Part shown: one piece after another, positions 1 through 7,859 of the stretch | Layout of the letters: every line of letters begins with the position of its first letter | How positions within the stretch are numbered: the stretch's first letter is position 1 | Origin: Methanobacteriota archaeon | GTDB taxonomy: Archaea > Thermoplasmatota > Poseidoniia > Poseidoniales > Thalassarchaeaceae | Direction: 5' to 3' | DNA length: 39,294 nucleotides | Assembly: GCA_002685895.1 (NCBI GenBank) | Contig: NYYK01000002.1 | Span: 1 to 39,294, forward strand | The notes under the pieces: generated by a model | Databases searched by the model: none | Seen by the model: the letters and a program-made list of their open reading frames with translations, nothing else | What the model was told of the DNA's origin: nothing | Program-made: the position numbers and the translations under genes

Positions 1-83
1 CGTAGCCATAGCGTCGCTGTACTAGAAACGCCATCCTGCGCGCTTCGCGACTTCGGATGGCAGTCTTCGCTATGCGAAGGCTG
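1..83. repeat. GC-rich palindromic mini-element (possibly truncated by window edge)
   Basis: Stem GCCATCC (30-36) / GGATGGC (55-61) around the 18-nt loop TGCGCGCTTCGCGACTTC. Partial outer arms at 4-13 / 69-83. The loop is nearly identical to that of the element at 36492-36520. Confidence 0.45.
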
Positions 84-101
84 GGGGGCGGGTGTATCTT
101 T

Positions 102-127
102 AGGTGTGATTTTGAGGTGTGATTTTG
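102..127. repeat. perfect tandem duplication of 13-mer AGGTGTGATTTTG
   Basis: AGGTGTGATTTTG occurs at 102-114 and again at 115-127, just downstream of the stop of the minus-strand gene ending at 135. Confidence 0.8.
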
Positions 128-134
128 ACTGGGT

Positions 135-1127
135 TTATTGAATCTTATCTGCAATAACCCCCGCTGCCTTCTCCAGCGACTCCGGATTTGGATGAACAGT
201 ATCCCACGGCAAAGTCGGGACTTTATTTTCAAACGTATCGTACAAATCAATAACCTGGAACTCATAAGCCTCTGCAATCTTCTTGAGTCTTGGTCGCGCA
301 AATTCATGCAATTCCTGATCTGGCCAGATAACAAAGTATTTGCGATCAAGCGGAACCAGTTTGCTGAATTGTTCAAGTTGGATCGAGTACTGCGTCAGTA
401 TGTTTTGCTCAACAGAATCTTGATCAGGATTTTCGATTGAGCTTTTCTGCTCGGCTTTCTTCCTTTTCTTCCCAGCTCTTAGATCATAAGTCTTTTTGAA
501 TGCTTTATAAAATGTGCTATGGTCAGCAAGCCAACATTTGCCCGGCAAGTAATTCATAATTCCTGTTGTAATTGGTCTGCAAGTTTCCTGTGATGGATCC
601 CAACCTTTTGGTCGCAGTATTCCTTTGTCATCCAGGAAGCCCGCAGTTCCGCCAAGGTCATTAAAGTAAAAAACTAGAACAATGATCTCGGGATCAATTG
701 GAACTATCTTTTTTCTGAGTATGCCGGTTTCTTGTTCCAGATTATATCCTGGCACTGCAGTATTAATTAAATTGTAACCGGGTAGGAGATCGGCCATGTA
801 AGCAGTCAAAGTCTGATCATCATTCACTCCATATCCGAATGTTATCGAGTCTCCGAAGACTGCAACTGTCGGAGTGTCTTCAATTAGTTCCGGACTTCTG
901 AACCCCAAACTGTTTGTGGAGATTTTTGCTTTGTAGGCTTTCTCTTTCTTTAGATTGGATTTAAGTTCGTAGCTTATCTCTGGATGCTCGTTGGTTTGGA
1001 AGATCTTTGGGGGATTGGGGGAAGTTCGTTGTAATCCTGTGATTCTTAAGCCCAATTCAGCAATCAGAAAGAAAACGAGGATTGAACCTATCAGGAGCGA
1101 GCCGTTGGATATCCAGGTATTTCTCAT
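135..1127 (-). CDS. membrane-anchored SGNH/GDSL-family hydrolase
   Basis: 330-aa ORF with an N-terminal TM helix (LLIGSILVFFLIAELG). SGNH block I is VAVFGDSITFGYGV. A C-terminal DTVHPN matches the DxxH block V. Confidence 0.75.
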   Translation of the reverse strand: MRNTWISNGSLLIGSILVFFLIAELGLRITGLQRTSPNPPKIFQTNEHPEISYELKSNLKKEKAYKAKISTNSLGFRSPELIEDTPTVAVFGDSITFGYGVNDDQTLTAYMADLLPGYNLINTAVPGYNLEQETGILRKKIVPIDPEIIVLVFYFNDLGGTAGFLDDKGILRPKGWDPSQETCRPITTGIMNYLPGKCWLADHSTFYKAFKKTYDLRAGKKRKKAEQKSSIENPDQDSVEQNILTQYSIQLEQFSKLVPLDRKYFVIWPDQELHEFARPRLKKIAEAYEFQVIDLYDTFENKVPTLPWDTVHPNPESLEKAAGVIADKIQ

Positions 1128-1166
1128 ATGGGCATTAAAGGTAATCGTGGAAAGGATACAACATTA

Positions 1167-1236
1167 GGATATAAAGGATATAAATGATTTAAAGGATTTT
1201 CATCCTTTATATCCTTTAACTCCTTTATATCATTTT
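1167..1236. repeat. intergenic AAGGATAT-word repeat with inverted arm (hairpin)
   Basis: GGATATAAAGGATATAAATGATTTAAAGGAT faces ATCCTTTATATCCTTTAACTCCTTTATATC. It lies between the carbamoyltransferase stop and the SGNH start. The same word family recurs at 3322-3388. Confidence 0.7.
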
Positions 1237-1237
1237 A

Positions 1238-3064
1238 TTAGTCCAAATCAAACTTCTCCAAGTAGTCCTTCTTATTAAGTACTCTGTCTTCAGGCATTTC
1301 AATCTTACTTAGCAGGAAATTGCCAAGAACAAGATAATCCATGTGTGTGTTTAAGAAACAATTAATTGCATCTTCAGGGCTTCTGACAATTGGTTCACTT
1401 CTCACATTAAATGATGTGTTTATAATTACTCCGCATCCGGTTTTCTTATCAAAAGCTTTTATTAAATCATAATACTTAGCATTCTGGTCGCGATTGATGC
1501 TTTGTATTCTTGCGGAGCCATCCACATGAGTAACAGCGGGAATTTCTTCTCGCTTTGCAGGATGAACATCAGCAACAAGAAGCATGTAAGGAGTCGGACA
1601 GTCCAGATCAAAGTAGTCAGACACTCTTTCTTCCAGCACAGTTGGTGCAAAAGGACGGAATGATTCGCGGAATTTAATTTTCAGGTTAACTTTTTGCCAG
1701 TTATCCATATTTCTTGCGTCGGCAATGATAGATCTGTTGCCGAGTGCGCGAGGACCGTACTCCATTCTTCCTTGGAACCAACCAATTACGTTATCTCCCT
1801 GCATCAGAGTTGAAACGCGATCAATAAGTCCGTCGCCTGACATCTTAACGAATGGCAATCCTTCTTTATTTAAAGTTTTTTCAATTTCCTCATCAGAATA
1901 CTCATCTCCAAAGTATGCGTGATCCATTCGGGGAAGTTTAGATCCGTTAAACTTCTTGTACCATATAGCAAGTGCAACACCCAGAGCTCCTCCTGCATCA
2001 CCTGATGCGGGTTGTATATAAACTTCTTTAAAAAGACCGCTTCTGAGGATCTTCCCGTTAGCTACGCAGTTGAGTGACACACCACCCGCCAGGCAAAGAT
2101 TATCCGAACCAGCTAAATTCTTGGCATGTTTAACAATTTTCATCATAACCTCCTCAGTCAGATCTTGCAGAGAACGGGCAATATCCTTGTGGAATTGCTC
2201 AAGCTCCGATTCCGGCTTCCTTCGTGGCCGGCCAAGCAGAGATTCAAGCTTCCTTCCGGTCATTCTAAGGCCATGCTCAAATGTGAAGTACTTCATATTG
2301 AGCGCGAAGCTTCCATCTTCTTTTACATCGATTAGCTCCCGCATCTTTTCCAAATACTTAGGCTCACCATAAGGGGCAAGGCCCATCACTTTATACTCAG
2401 CGGAGTTAACTTTGAAGCCGAGGTAGTAAGTTATTGCGGAGTATAGGAGACCGAGTGAATGGGGATAGTGGATTTCTTTAAGAATAGTTACAGGAGAGGT
2501 GTCATCCTGAGCTCTGTCGAAGGATGACGCCGCATGACATGGTTCGACAGAGCTCACCATGACATGCTTACCCTTCCCAATAGTAGCCGTCGCCCATTCG
2601 CCAACGCCATCAACTGTTACTATTGTTGCATCATCAAACCCGGAGACACCGAAACTTGAGTACGCATGTGACTCGTGATGGGGGATAAAGAAGATATCGC
2701 CTTTGTAATTAAGCTCTTTTTTGATGTTGTGAGGTATCCAGAGCTTTTTAATCATCCAATCCTGCATTGCATACTGATACTGCATGAAGCCGAGTGGCCA
2801 GACTTTGAAAAGCGTCTTTAAAATCCTATCGAAAAACTTAGTGAAAGGTTTTTCATAGAATCCTACCGCACTTAAACTCTCAGAAGTAATTCCTGCAAAA
2901 CTCAGAGCCTCATTAATTGCGTTATTTGGAAAAGAATCGTCTTGTTTCTTTCTTGTGTAACGTTCTTCCTGCGCCGCGAAGATTATTTCTCCATCCTTGA
3001 TCAGCACGCAAGCTGAGTCGTGGTAATAGCAACTAATGCCGAGGATGTAGATTGGCTTATCCAT
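1238..3064 (-). CDS. carbamoyltransferase, NodU/CmcH family
   Basis: ORF 1238..3091. I moved the start to Met10 (MDKPIYILGIS) at 3064, which gives TAAtATG coupling to the upstream gene. Family hallmarks present: ILGISCYYHDSA, AAQEERYTRKK, DGVGEWAT, PHSLGLLYSA, EYKVMGLAPYG, HVDGSARIQ, NTSFN. Confidence 0.92.
   Translation of the reverse strand: MDKPIYILGISCYYHDSACVLIKDGEIIFAAQEERYTRKKQDDSFPNNAINEALSFAGITSESLSAVGFYEKPFTKFFDRILKTLFKVWPLGFMQYQYAMQDWMIKKLWIPHNIKKELNYKGDIFFIPHHESHAYSSFGVSGFDDATIVTVDGVGEWATATIGKGKHVMVSSVEPCHAASSFDRAQDDTSPVTILKEIHYPHSLGLLYSAITYYLGFKVNSAEYKVMGLAPYGEPKYLEKMRELIDVKEDGSFALNMKYFTFEHGLRMTGRKLESLLGRPRRKPESELEQFHKDIARSLQDLTEEVMMKIVKHAKNLAGSDNLCLAGGVSLNCVANGKILRSGLFKEVYIQPASGDAGGALGVALAIWYKKFNGSKLPRMDHAYFGDEYSDEEIEKTLNKEGLPFVKMSGDGLIDRVSTLMQGDNVIGWFQGRMEYGPRALGNRSIIADARNMDNWQKVNLKIKFRESFRPFAPTVLEERVSDYFDLDCPTPYMLLVADVHPAKREEIPAVTHVDGSARIQSINRDQNAKYYDLIKAFDKKTGCGVIINTSFNVRSEPIVRSPEDAINCFLNTHMDYLVLGNFLLSKIEMPEDRVLNKKDYLEKFDLD
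2501..2566. repeat. 66-nt nested GC-rich palindrome inserted in frame in the carbamoyltransferase
   Basis: Hairpin A: GTCATCCT (2501-2508) / AGGATGAC (2521-2528). Hairpin B: CATGACATG at 2533-2541 and 2558-2566. The two loops, GAGCTCTGTCGAA (2509-2521) and TTCGACAGAGCTC (2543-2555), are exact reverse complements. The element is exactly 22 codons (HVMVSSVEPCHAASSFDRAQDD) between conserved GEWAT..IGKGK and ILKEIHYPHSLG. Confidence 0.8.
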
Positions 3065-3065
3065 A

Positions 3066-3293
3066 TTAAAACTGATATTGCATTCCGGCATCTTTCGGCG
3101 GATCGATCCAGTAAGTTGAGACAGGTTTCTTGAAAAGATTTTTTAGATTCCAAATTTTTAGCCCGAGTCCGTATATGCTGAAACACACAAGCCAAAATAA
3201 GCTCAGGATTATAAAACTCATCACTTTGCCAAGCACGTGACTAAACGAGCACCAGGCTTTCCAGAAAGGCTGTAGAGGCTTAGGCATGTGCAT
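3066..3293 (-). CDS. small membrane protein, SxtJ-like (carbamoyltransferase-associated)
   Basis: 75-aa ORF with one or two TM segments (VMSFIILSLFWLVCFSIYGLGL). Its stop lies 1 nt from the carbamoyltransferase ATG. Position and pattern recall SxtJ-family proteins encoded next to carbamoyltransferases; this is from memory, not searched. Confidence 0.55.
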   Translation of the reverse strand: MHMPKPLQPFWKAWCSFSHVLGKVMSFIILSLFWLVCFSIYGLGLKIWNLKNLFKKPVSTYWIDPPKDAGMQYQF

Positions 3294-3321
3294 ATGTTAA
3301 TTGTAAGCTATGTGCGTATCG

Positions 3322-3388
3322 AAGGATATAAAAGAGATAAAAGATTTAAAGGATTCTCATTTATATCTTTTATATCCTTTATATCTTT
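3322..3388. repeat. intergenic AAGGATAT/AAAGATAT-word repeat with inverted arm
   Basis: AAGGATATAAAAGAGATAAAAGATTTAAAGGAT faces ATATCTTTTATATCCTTTATATCTTT. It lies between the DUF5989-like ORF and the SxtJ-like ORF. Confidence 0.65.
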
Positions 3389-3545
3389 AAAACACAGTAT
3401 AAATAAAGGGCGCTAACGGCGATCCCTGGGCAAACACAAGTATCAGTCCCAAAAGTGCAATCATTACTACAATGGGCAAAAGCCACCACTTTTTGCGTAT
3501 TCTCATGAAATGCCATAATTCTGAGAAGATCGAGAGTTTGCTCAT
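3387..3545 (-). CDS. DUF5989 / SxtK-like small membrane protein (52 aa, below the ORF-track cutoff)
   Basis: Hand translation of the minus strand gives MSKLSIFSELWHFMRIRKKWWLLPIVVMIALLGLILVFAQGSPLAPFIYTVF followed by TAA. The KKWWLLPI...GSxLAPFIYTxF pattern is that of the tiny membrane proteins that accompany carbamoyltransferases. Confidence 0.7.
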   Translation of the reverse strand: MSKLSIFSELWHFMRIRKKWWLLPIVVMIALLGLILVFAQGSPLAPFIYTVF

Positions 3546-3565
3546 TAATTAGATTGTACATATAT

Positions 3566-3676
3566 AAAGAAACAGAAGAAACAGAAGAAGCAGAAGAATC
3601 AGAAGAATCAGAGGACTTCGTTAAAATAGAATCTGAAGATTTTTCTCTTCTGTTTCTTCTGATTCCTCTGTTTCCT
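3566..3676. repeat. 9-mer (AAACAGAAG)-type tandem repeat plus inverted arm, forming a long hairpin
   Basis: Left arm AAACAGAAGAAACAGAAGAAGCAGAAGAATCAGAAGAATCAGAGGA. Right arm TCTCTTCTGTTTCTTCTGATTCCTCTGTTTCCT. It sits immediately after the stop of the SGNH gene at 3675. It also generates the spurious low-complexity ORFs 3379..3744 and 3554..3790. Confidence 0.8.
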
Positions 3677-4802
3677 AATAAAGGATATTGCACATTTCTT
3701 TGGCAATTAATTCTCCGGCCAGCCTGTTCCCCTCGACATTCCAATGGCCTTCACCCGAATCATCAAAGCCATGTAGATAGGTATTATTAGTCTTAGCGTA
3801 TGTGAGGAACTTAGGTGCCAAAGTAATTACAGGCACATTGATCGATTCGCCGAGTTTCCCAATACGTCTTTCGGGATAATTAAGATCAGCTTTATTTTCA
3901 GGCTTAACCTGAACACCGTTGGTCAAAGTTACAATTACAAACTTCGAATTATGAGATTTAACCTCCTCATTCATCTTTTTAATAATTTCTTCGGTTATTC
4001 TCCATGCTTCTTCCCATTCTGGTGCCGGCGGATCAGAATAAATTTCTGTATCCAAGCCGGGGTCACCTCTCTTTGCATCTTCATCTTCTTTGTTAATGCC
4101 AAGTTCTTTCATTAGTCTCTGGTTGCGCGCGGAAATTTTGATCTTATTTATCATTTGCATCGTCCTAAAGTTATTTACAATCAAGTGTGAGCCTTGATAA
4201 AGAAACTTCTGTGAGCTTTTAAACTCTTTTGTGTCTTTAAAAGATTCATCCAGCTTTAGTTCGCTTCCATCCAAAAAGAAATATGGAATATTGTGAACAT
4301 TATTAAGTGCTTTTGAGTTTTCTCTTACATCGTTTCCGGAAAGGAAAGAAAGCAGAACAATATCAGGCTGATAATCCCAGACTATGTGCTTAAGAAGCAG
4401 GTATTCCTGCGCAGTCGAGAAGCCGGACATTCCGAAGTTCAAAACTTCAATCTCCTTACCAGCACAGGTGTTCAGTTCATTCTCCATTATGGACCAATAT
4501 GCATTCTTAGCATTAACATGACGGGCCTCTGTATATGAATCTCCCAATACAGCGACTCTGATTACTCCGTCAGCTTTTTCTTTTGAATACAATTTGTCTC
4601 TGAAACCATCGTGATTCACCTTGAAGTGCGCCTTTCCTTCGTCTTGCCAATATCCTTCCGCTTCCGGACGGAGAGAAAACCCGGTCACAGGGTCTATTCT
4701 CATATAATAAGGGAAAGAGAACCCCACTAATCTGAGGATGATTTCGAATATTAAAACTGCAATGGTTACAGATATGATGATAAGAAGTAGCTGTTTTCTC
4801 AT
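3675..4802 (-). CDS. membrane-anchored SGNH/GDSL-family hydrolase (paralogous type to 135..1127)
   Basis: ORF 3675..4862. The preferred start is Met21 (MRKQLLLIIISV...) at 4802, which forms an ATGA overlap with the upstream M50 protease stop. It has a TM helix, block I VAVLGDSYTEA, and a C-terminal GEGHWNVEGN. Confidence 0.75.
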   Translation of the reverse strand: MRKQLLLIIISVTIAVLIFEIILRLVGFSFPYYMRIDPVTGFSLRPEAEGYWQDEGKAHFKVNHDGFRDKLYSKEKADGVIRVAVLGDSYTEARHVNAKNAYWSIMENELNTCAGKEIEVLNFGMSGFSTAQEYLLLKHIVWDYQPDIVLLSFLSGNDVRENSKALNNVHNIPYFFLDGSELKLDESFKDTKEFKSSQKFLYQGSHLIVNNFRTMQMINKIKISARNQRLMKELGINKEDEDAKRGDPGLDTEIYSDPPAPEWEEAWRITEEIIKKMNEEVKSHNSKFVIVTLTNGVQVKPENKADLNYPERRIGKLGESINVPVITLAPKFLTYAKTNNTYLHGFDDSGEGHWNVEGNRLAGELIAKEMCNILY

Positions 4803-5476
4803 AAAACTCCGGCAATAATATTCATTATTACAAGGAATGGCGTCATTATCCCAAACACCCATGTGGAAAGAATTGGAATATTAAATACCATCCCTGCGAT
4901 TATCAGTCCCAACAGAATTATCGGACCGCGTGCCATGAATTCAAAATATTCACGTTCATATCTAAGCGGAATGAAAGCGTAAAGAACTTTTGAACCGTCC
5001 AATGGATTAATCGGCAACAGATTGAATGCCATAAGAGCTAGATTTACAAAGATGCAACGGCTTAGAACGCGCTCGAGCATTATCATTACAGTAGAGCCTC
5101 CACCAGAGCCTCCAAGAAGTCCGATTGCAGATGTTGAGTTCCATTCAAAAAGTCCGATCATCAAAAAGAAACAAATAAACGCTGTGATCAGATTAGCCGC
5201 AGGGCCTGCGAGAGCTACAAGTGTAGTATCGCGTTTAACATTCTTAAAATATCGCGGATCAATAGGAACAGGTTTTGCCCAACCGAATCCAATTACAAAA
5301 AACATCAGTGTTCCTATCGGGTCCAGATGCGCGAGGGGATTGAGGCTGACACGATTATCCATCTTTGCTGTTGGATCCCCCAGTTTCAAAGCAATGTATC
5401 CGTGTGCAAACTCATGAACAGAGAGGCCGATTAAAACGGCGATGATGAAAGTAGGGTTTAGGAAAGTCATTGGCAC
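4799..5476 (-). CDS. site-2 protease family (peptidase M50) membrane metalloprotease
   Basis: 225 aa and polytopic. It has HEFAHGYIALKLGDPTAK (HExxH), LNPLAHLDPIGT and NLLPINPLDGSKV, all typical of M50 proteases. Confidence 0.88.
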   Translation of the reverse strand: MPMTFLNPTFIIAVLIGLSVHEFAHGYIALKLGDPTAKMDNRVSLNPLAHLDPIGTLMFFVIGFGWAKPVPIDPRYFKNVKRDTTLVALAGPAANLITAFICFFLMIGLFEWNSTSAIGLLGGSGGGSTVMIMLERVLSRCIFVNLALMAFNLLPINPLDGSKVLYAFIPLRYEREYFEFMARGPIILLGLIIAGMVFNIPILSTWVFGIMTPFLVIMNIIAGVL

Positions 5477-5519
5477 TACTTTAGCGCAGTATCTTACCCT
5501 TAGACAGACTCTCTTTGAT

Positions 5520-5750
5520 TTACTGAATTAAATCGTCATCTGTCTCGATAACCACTTGTCCAGGATAATGTGGTACCAAATCAGCAAGTAGTTTTTCAAC
5601 CTGCGATTTTATTTCTCCGGTATCGACGCCGGGAAGAGTCGTGACTACAAGAATATCGGGTGTAAAAGTAGCGCCTTCTACTCCTTCTATAGCAAGTACT
5701 TGTCCCCCTGCCTTTTCTGCTATACAGTGAGGATCTGGTCCGCGTCTCAT
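5520..5750 (-). CDS. hypothetical protein (76 aa)
   Basis: ORF only, with no recognisable motif. It is co-directional with, and 43 nt upstream of, the M50 protease gene. Confidence 0.4.
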   Translation of the reverse strand: MRRGPDPHCIAEKAGGQVLAIEGVEGATFTPDILVVTTLPGVDTGEIKSQVEKLLADLVPHYPGQVVIETDDDLIQ

Positions 5751-5840
5751 ATAGTTGTATTATAGCAGAATATGAGAAATAATCAAATAGCGTTAAATTT
5801 GTTGACGTATTCAATAACAAACCTTAGGCTTCTTTAGCTC

Positions 5841-6050
5841 ATGTCACGTAAATGCTCCAAGACTGGCAAAAAGACTGTTTTCGGAAATACCCGAAGCCAC
5901 TCGATGAGACATACAAGGCGCCAGTTCAAGCCGAATATTCAAAAGAAGCGAGTTTATGATCCTAAAACAAAGACTTACAAAGTTATAAAGGTCTCGACAA
6001 GTTACCTTCGAACTTTGGCGAAGAGAATGCAGGAGGGGAAGAAGGTTTGA
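5841..6050 (+). CDS. rpmB: 50S ribosomal protein L28
   Basis: MSRKCSKTGKKTVFGNTRSHSMRHTRRQFKPNIQKKRV... is a canonical L28 N-terminus. Confidence 0.93.
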   Translation: MSRKCSKTGKKTVFGNTRSHSMRHTRRQFKPNIQKKRVYDPKTKTYKVIKVSTSYLRTLAKRMQEGKKV

Positions 6051-6085
6051 TTCGGGTTCGGCTATCGGGTTCGGTTTTCGGGTTT
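6051..6085. repeat. TCGGGTT-type heptamer tandem repeat
   Basis: TTCGGGTTCGGCTATCGGGTTCGGTTTTCGGGTTT fills the convergent spacer between rpmB and the GGQ protein gene. Confidence 0.7.
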
Positions 6086-6086
6086 A

Positions 6087-6500
6087 TTATTCATCCTCCT
6101 CAGGATCCACTTTCTGCCTGGATTCCTTTTTATCAGCTTGGTGGTGCTTCTCTTCGAGCATCTTTTGCTTTGACCTTCTGGATCTGCGTTGTTTTTGCTT
6201 TTCTATCTTATGATGTTTCTGGGCAAGTTCCGATTTTGCGTCTAATTGCTCTTCCTCGATCTTATCAATTAATAACTCATAAGCTTCTTTTCTATTCTGA
6301 TGAAGACCTCTGTGATGCTGGTATCTGACTGTGATTCCAGTTGGCTCATGCGTCAGCTCCACACAATTGGTCGATTTATTGATCTTCTGGCCCCCATGCC
6401 CGCCGCCGCGCGTATGGTGCTCCTCGATATCCTCCAATTTGATCTCGAGCTTAGCTATCTTCTTCAAGTACTTTTGTTGTAGGTCATCTGGTAAGTGCAT
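6087..6500 (-). CDS. ArfB/ICT1-like GGQ-domain peptidyl-tRNA hydrolase (class I release-factor domain protein)
   Basis: 137 aa with GGHGGQKINKSTN (the GGQ motif), followed by a long Lys/Arg/Glu-rich C-terminal tail, as in ArfB-type rescue factors. Confidence 0.75.
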   Translation of the reverse strand: MHLPDDLQQKYLKKIAKLEIKLEDIEEHHTRGGGHGGQKINKSTNCVELTHEPTGITVRYQHHRGLHQNRKEAYELLIDKIEEEQLDAKSELAQKHHKIEKQKQRRSRRSKQKMLEEKHHQADKKESRQKVDPEEDE

Positions 6501-6504
6501 GACT

Positions 6505-6597
6505 CAAGTATTAAGTATTGAGTATTAAGTATCAAGTATGGAATGCCAGTTGTCTGAACCTTGATTTGCTTGATTACAGGATTAACTTGATTACAGA
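6505..6597. repeat. two adjacent word repeats (TAAGTAT x5; CTTGATT(ACAG) x3)
   Basis: CAAGTATTAAGTATTGAGTATTAAGTATCAAGTAT at 6505-6539, then CTTGATTTGCTTGATTACAGGATTAACTTGATTACAGAG at about 6560-6597. Confidence 0.7.
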
Positions 6598-6721
6598 GAA
6601 TTACCTTAAATCCTGTTTATCATGAAAATCATGTTGATCATGGTCTTTTTTGTAAGAATCACAAACCTCACTCGTCTTAAGCACTGTCACAGACACTTTT
6701 ATTCTTTCCCAACCATACTCA

Positions 6722-7111
6722 ATGAAAAGGCTCGACAGATTCGTATCACTCTCTCTATTAGGAGTCCTTACTGTTGCACTGGTGCCCGTAGCATCAGCAC
6801 AGGGACAATTCTGGGGACAAATTCCCGAAGGCGCTCGCGAGGAGCTTAGGGAATGCAAGGAAAAAGAAACAAGAGAAGAGAAACGCGAATGTGCGAAAGC
6901 GGTATTCGAGAAATACGACATCGATCCGCCTGTAAGACGTATACGTAGGCATTTCAAGCACAAGATAGGAAGAGGGGTTGGCAAATGTTTACGTTTAGAG
7001 GATAGAGGAGAGGCTTCACAATGCTTCCTTAACATTTACGACAAGGTGAAACAAATGAGGGAAGAAGGGGGACCCACGCACCAGAGCGCTAGCGCGCTCG
7101 GTTCGGGGTAA
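6722..7111 (+). CDS. secreted hypothetical protein (signal peptide, four Cys)
   Basis: 129 aa. The N-terminus MKRLDRFVSLSLLGVLTVALVPVASAQG looks like a Sec signal peptide. The mature part is charged and helical with paired Cys (RECKEK / RECAKA / GKCLRL / SQCF). Confidence 0.6.
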   Translation: MKRLDRFVSLSLLGVLTVALVPVASAQGQFWGQIPEGAREELRECKEKETREEKRECAKAVFEKYDIDPPVRRIRRHFKHKIGRGVGKCLRLEDRGEASQCFLNIYDKVKQMREEGGPTHQSASALGSG

Positions 7112-7112
7112 A

Positions 7113-7197
7113 AATCCTGAAGTGTAGTTTCAGGATTACATCATCGGAATACTGCTGCAGTTGATTACTGCGGCAGTATTTGTTAATTATTGGTTTT
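7113..7197 (+). terminator. two consecutive hairpins after the secreted-protein gene
   Basis: First hairpin: AATCCTGAA (7113-7121) / TTCAGGATT (7129-7137), a perfect 9-bp stem. Second hairpin: AATACTGCTGCAG / CTGCGGCAGTATT (7148-7180, 1 mismatch), followed by T-rich TGTTAATTATTGGTTTT. Confidence 0.45.
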
Positions 7198-7206
7198 AGT
7201 TGAGAG

Positions 7207-7289
7207 CAATTAGCAGATTAGCAATTAGCAATTGGCTTTTTTTTAATCAAAAAAATAGCCAATCTGCCAATCTGCCAATATGCTAATTG
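7207..7289. repeat. ATTAGCA/ATTGGC heptamer repeat with inverted arm (long hairpin)
   Basis: CAATTAGCAGATTAGCAATTAGCAATTGGCT, then T8AATCAAAAAAA, then TAGCCAATCTGCCAATCTGCCAATATGCTAATTG. It lies directly upstream of the ECF sigma gene. Confidence 0.8.
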
Positions 7290-7328
7290 CCGGTAATTTG
7301 TGTAAGAACATACCTCTTCATTCGTCTT

Positions 7329-7859
7329 ATGATCTGGATGCCCCATTCTTCCGTAGAACGCCGTTTCACAAAAGCGTACGACCTATACGCAGACTCGATC
7401 TTTAGACATTGTTACTTCCGGATTGGAGACAGAGAAAGGGGCAAAGAGCTGATGCAGGACGCATTCCTTAAAACCTGGGAGTACATCGCCAAGGGCAACG
7501 AAGTGGAAGATATGAGGGCATTTCTGTACCGTACGGCAAATAATCTGATAGTCGATCTGTACAGGCGTAGAGCCAAGAGGACAGAGGAGTCGTTCGAAGA
7601 CTTGCAGGAAAAAGGTTTCGATGTTGCAAGTTCAGAAAGAACCGAAAAGGAGACCGAAGAAGGTTTTACTTCAGATGAAGTAGTATCGGTGCTTGGCAAG
7701 ATAGAAGAGCCGTACAGATCAGCAGTAATAATGAGATACATTGATGATCTGAGTCCCAAGCAAATTGCACAGTCCCTTGGAGAATCGGTAAATGTAGTAT
7801 CCGTTCGAATAAACCGCGGAATGAAGAAGTTAAAGTCACTATTACCAAAATATGGATGA
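7329..7859 (+). CDS. ECF-type RNA polymerase sigma-70 family factor
   Basis: ORF 7287..7859 starts at a TTG inside the repeat, so I prefer the ATG at 7329 (or 7338). Region 2 is DAFLKTWEYI...FLYRTANNLIVDLYRRR. Region 4 is VIMRYIDDLSPKQIAQSLGESVNVVSVRINRGMKKLK. Confidence 0.85.
   Translation: MIWMPHSSVERRFTKAYDLYADSIFRHCYFRIGDRERGKELMQDAFLKTWEYIAKGNEVEDMRAFLYRTANNLIVDLYRRRAKRTEESFEDLQEKGFDVASSERTEKETEEGFTSDEVVSVLGKIEEPYRSAVIMRYIDDLSPKQIAQSLGESVNVVSVRINRGMKKLKSLLPKYG

Noticed and set aside
3379-3790. ORFs 3379..3744 (-) and 3554..3790 (+), with SSDSS and EETEE low-complexity stretches
   Set aside because: Both are created by translating the 9-mer AACAGAAGA repeat hairpin. The real coding feature there is the 52-aa DUF5989-like ORF at 3387..3545.
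6601-7035. 144-aa minus-strand ORF overlapping the secreted-protein gene
   Set aside because: The plus-strand ORF (6722..7111) has a convincing signal peptide and is followed by hairpins. The minus-strand product has no features and would run into the spacer repeats.
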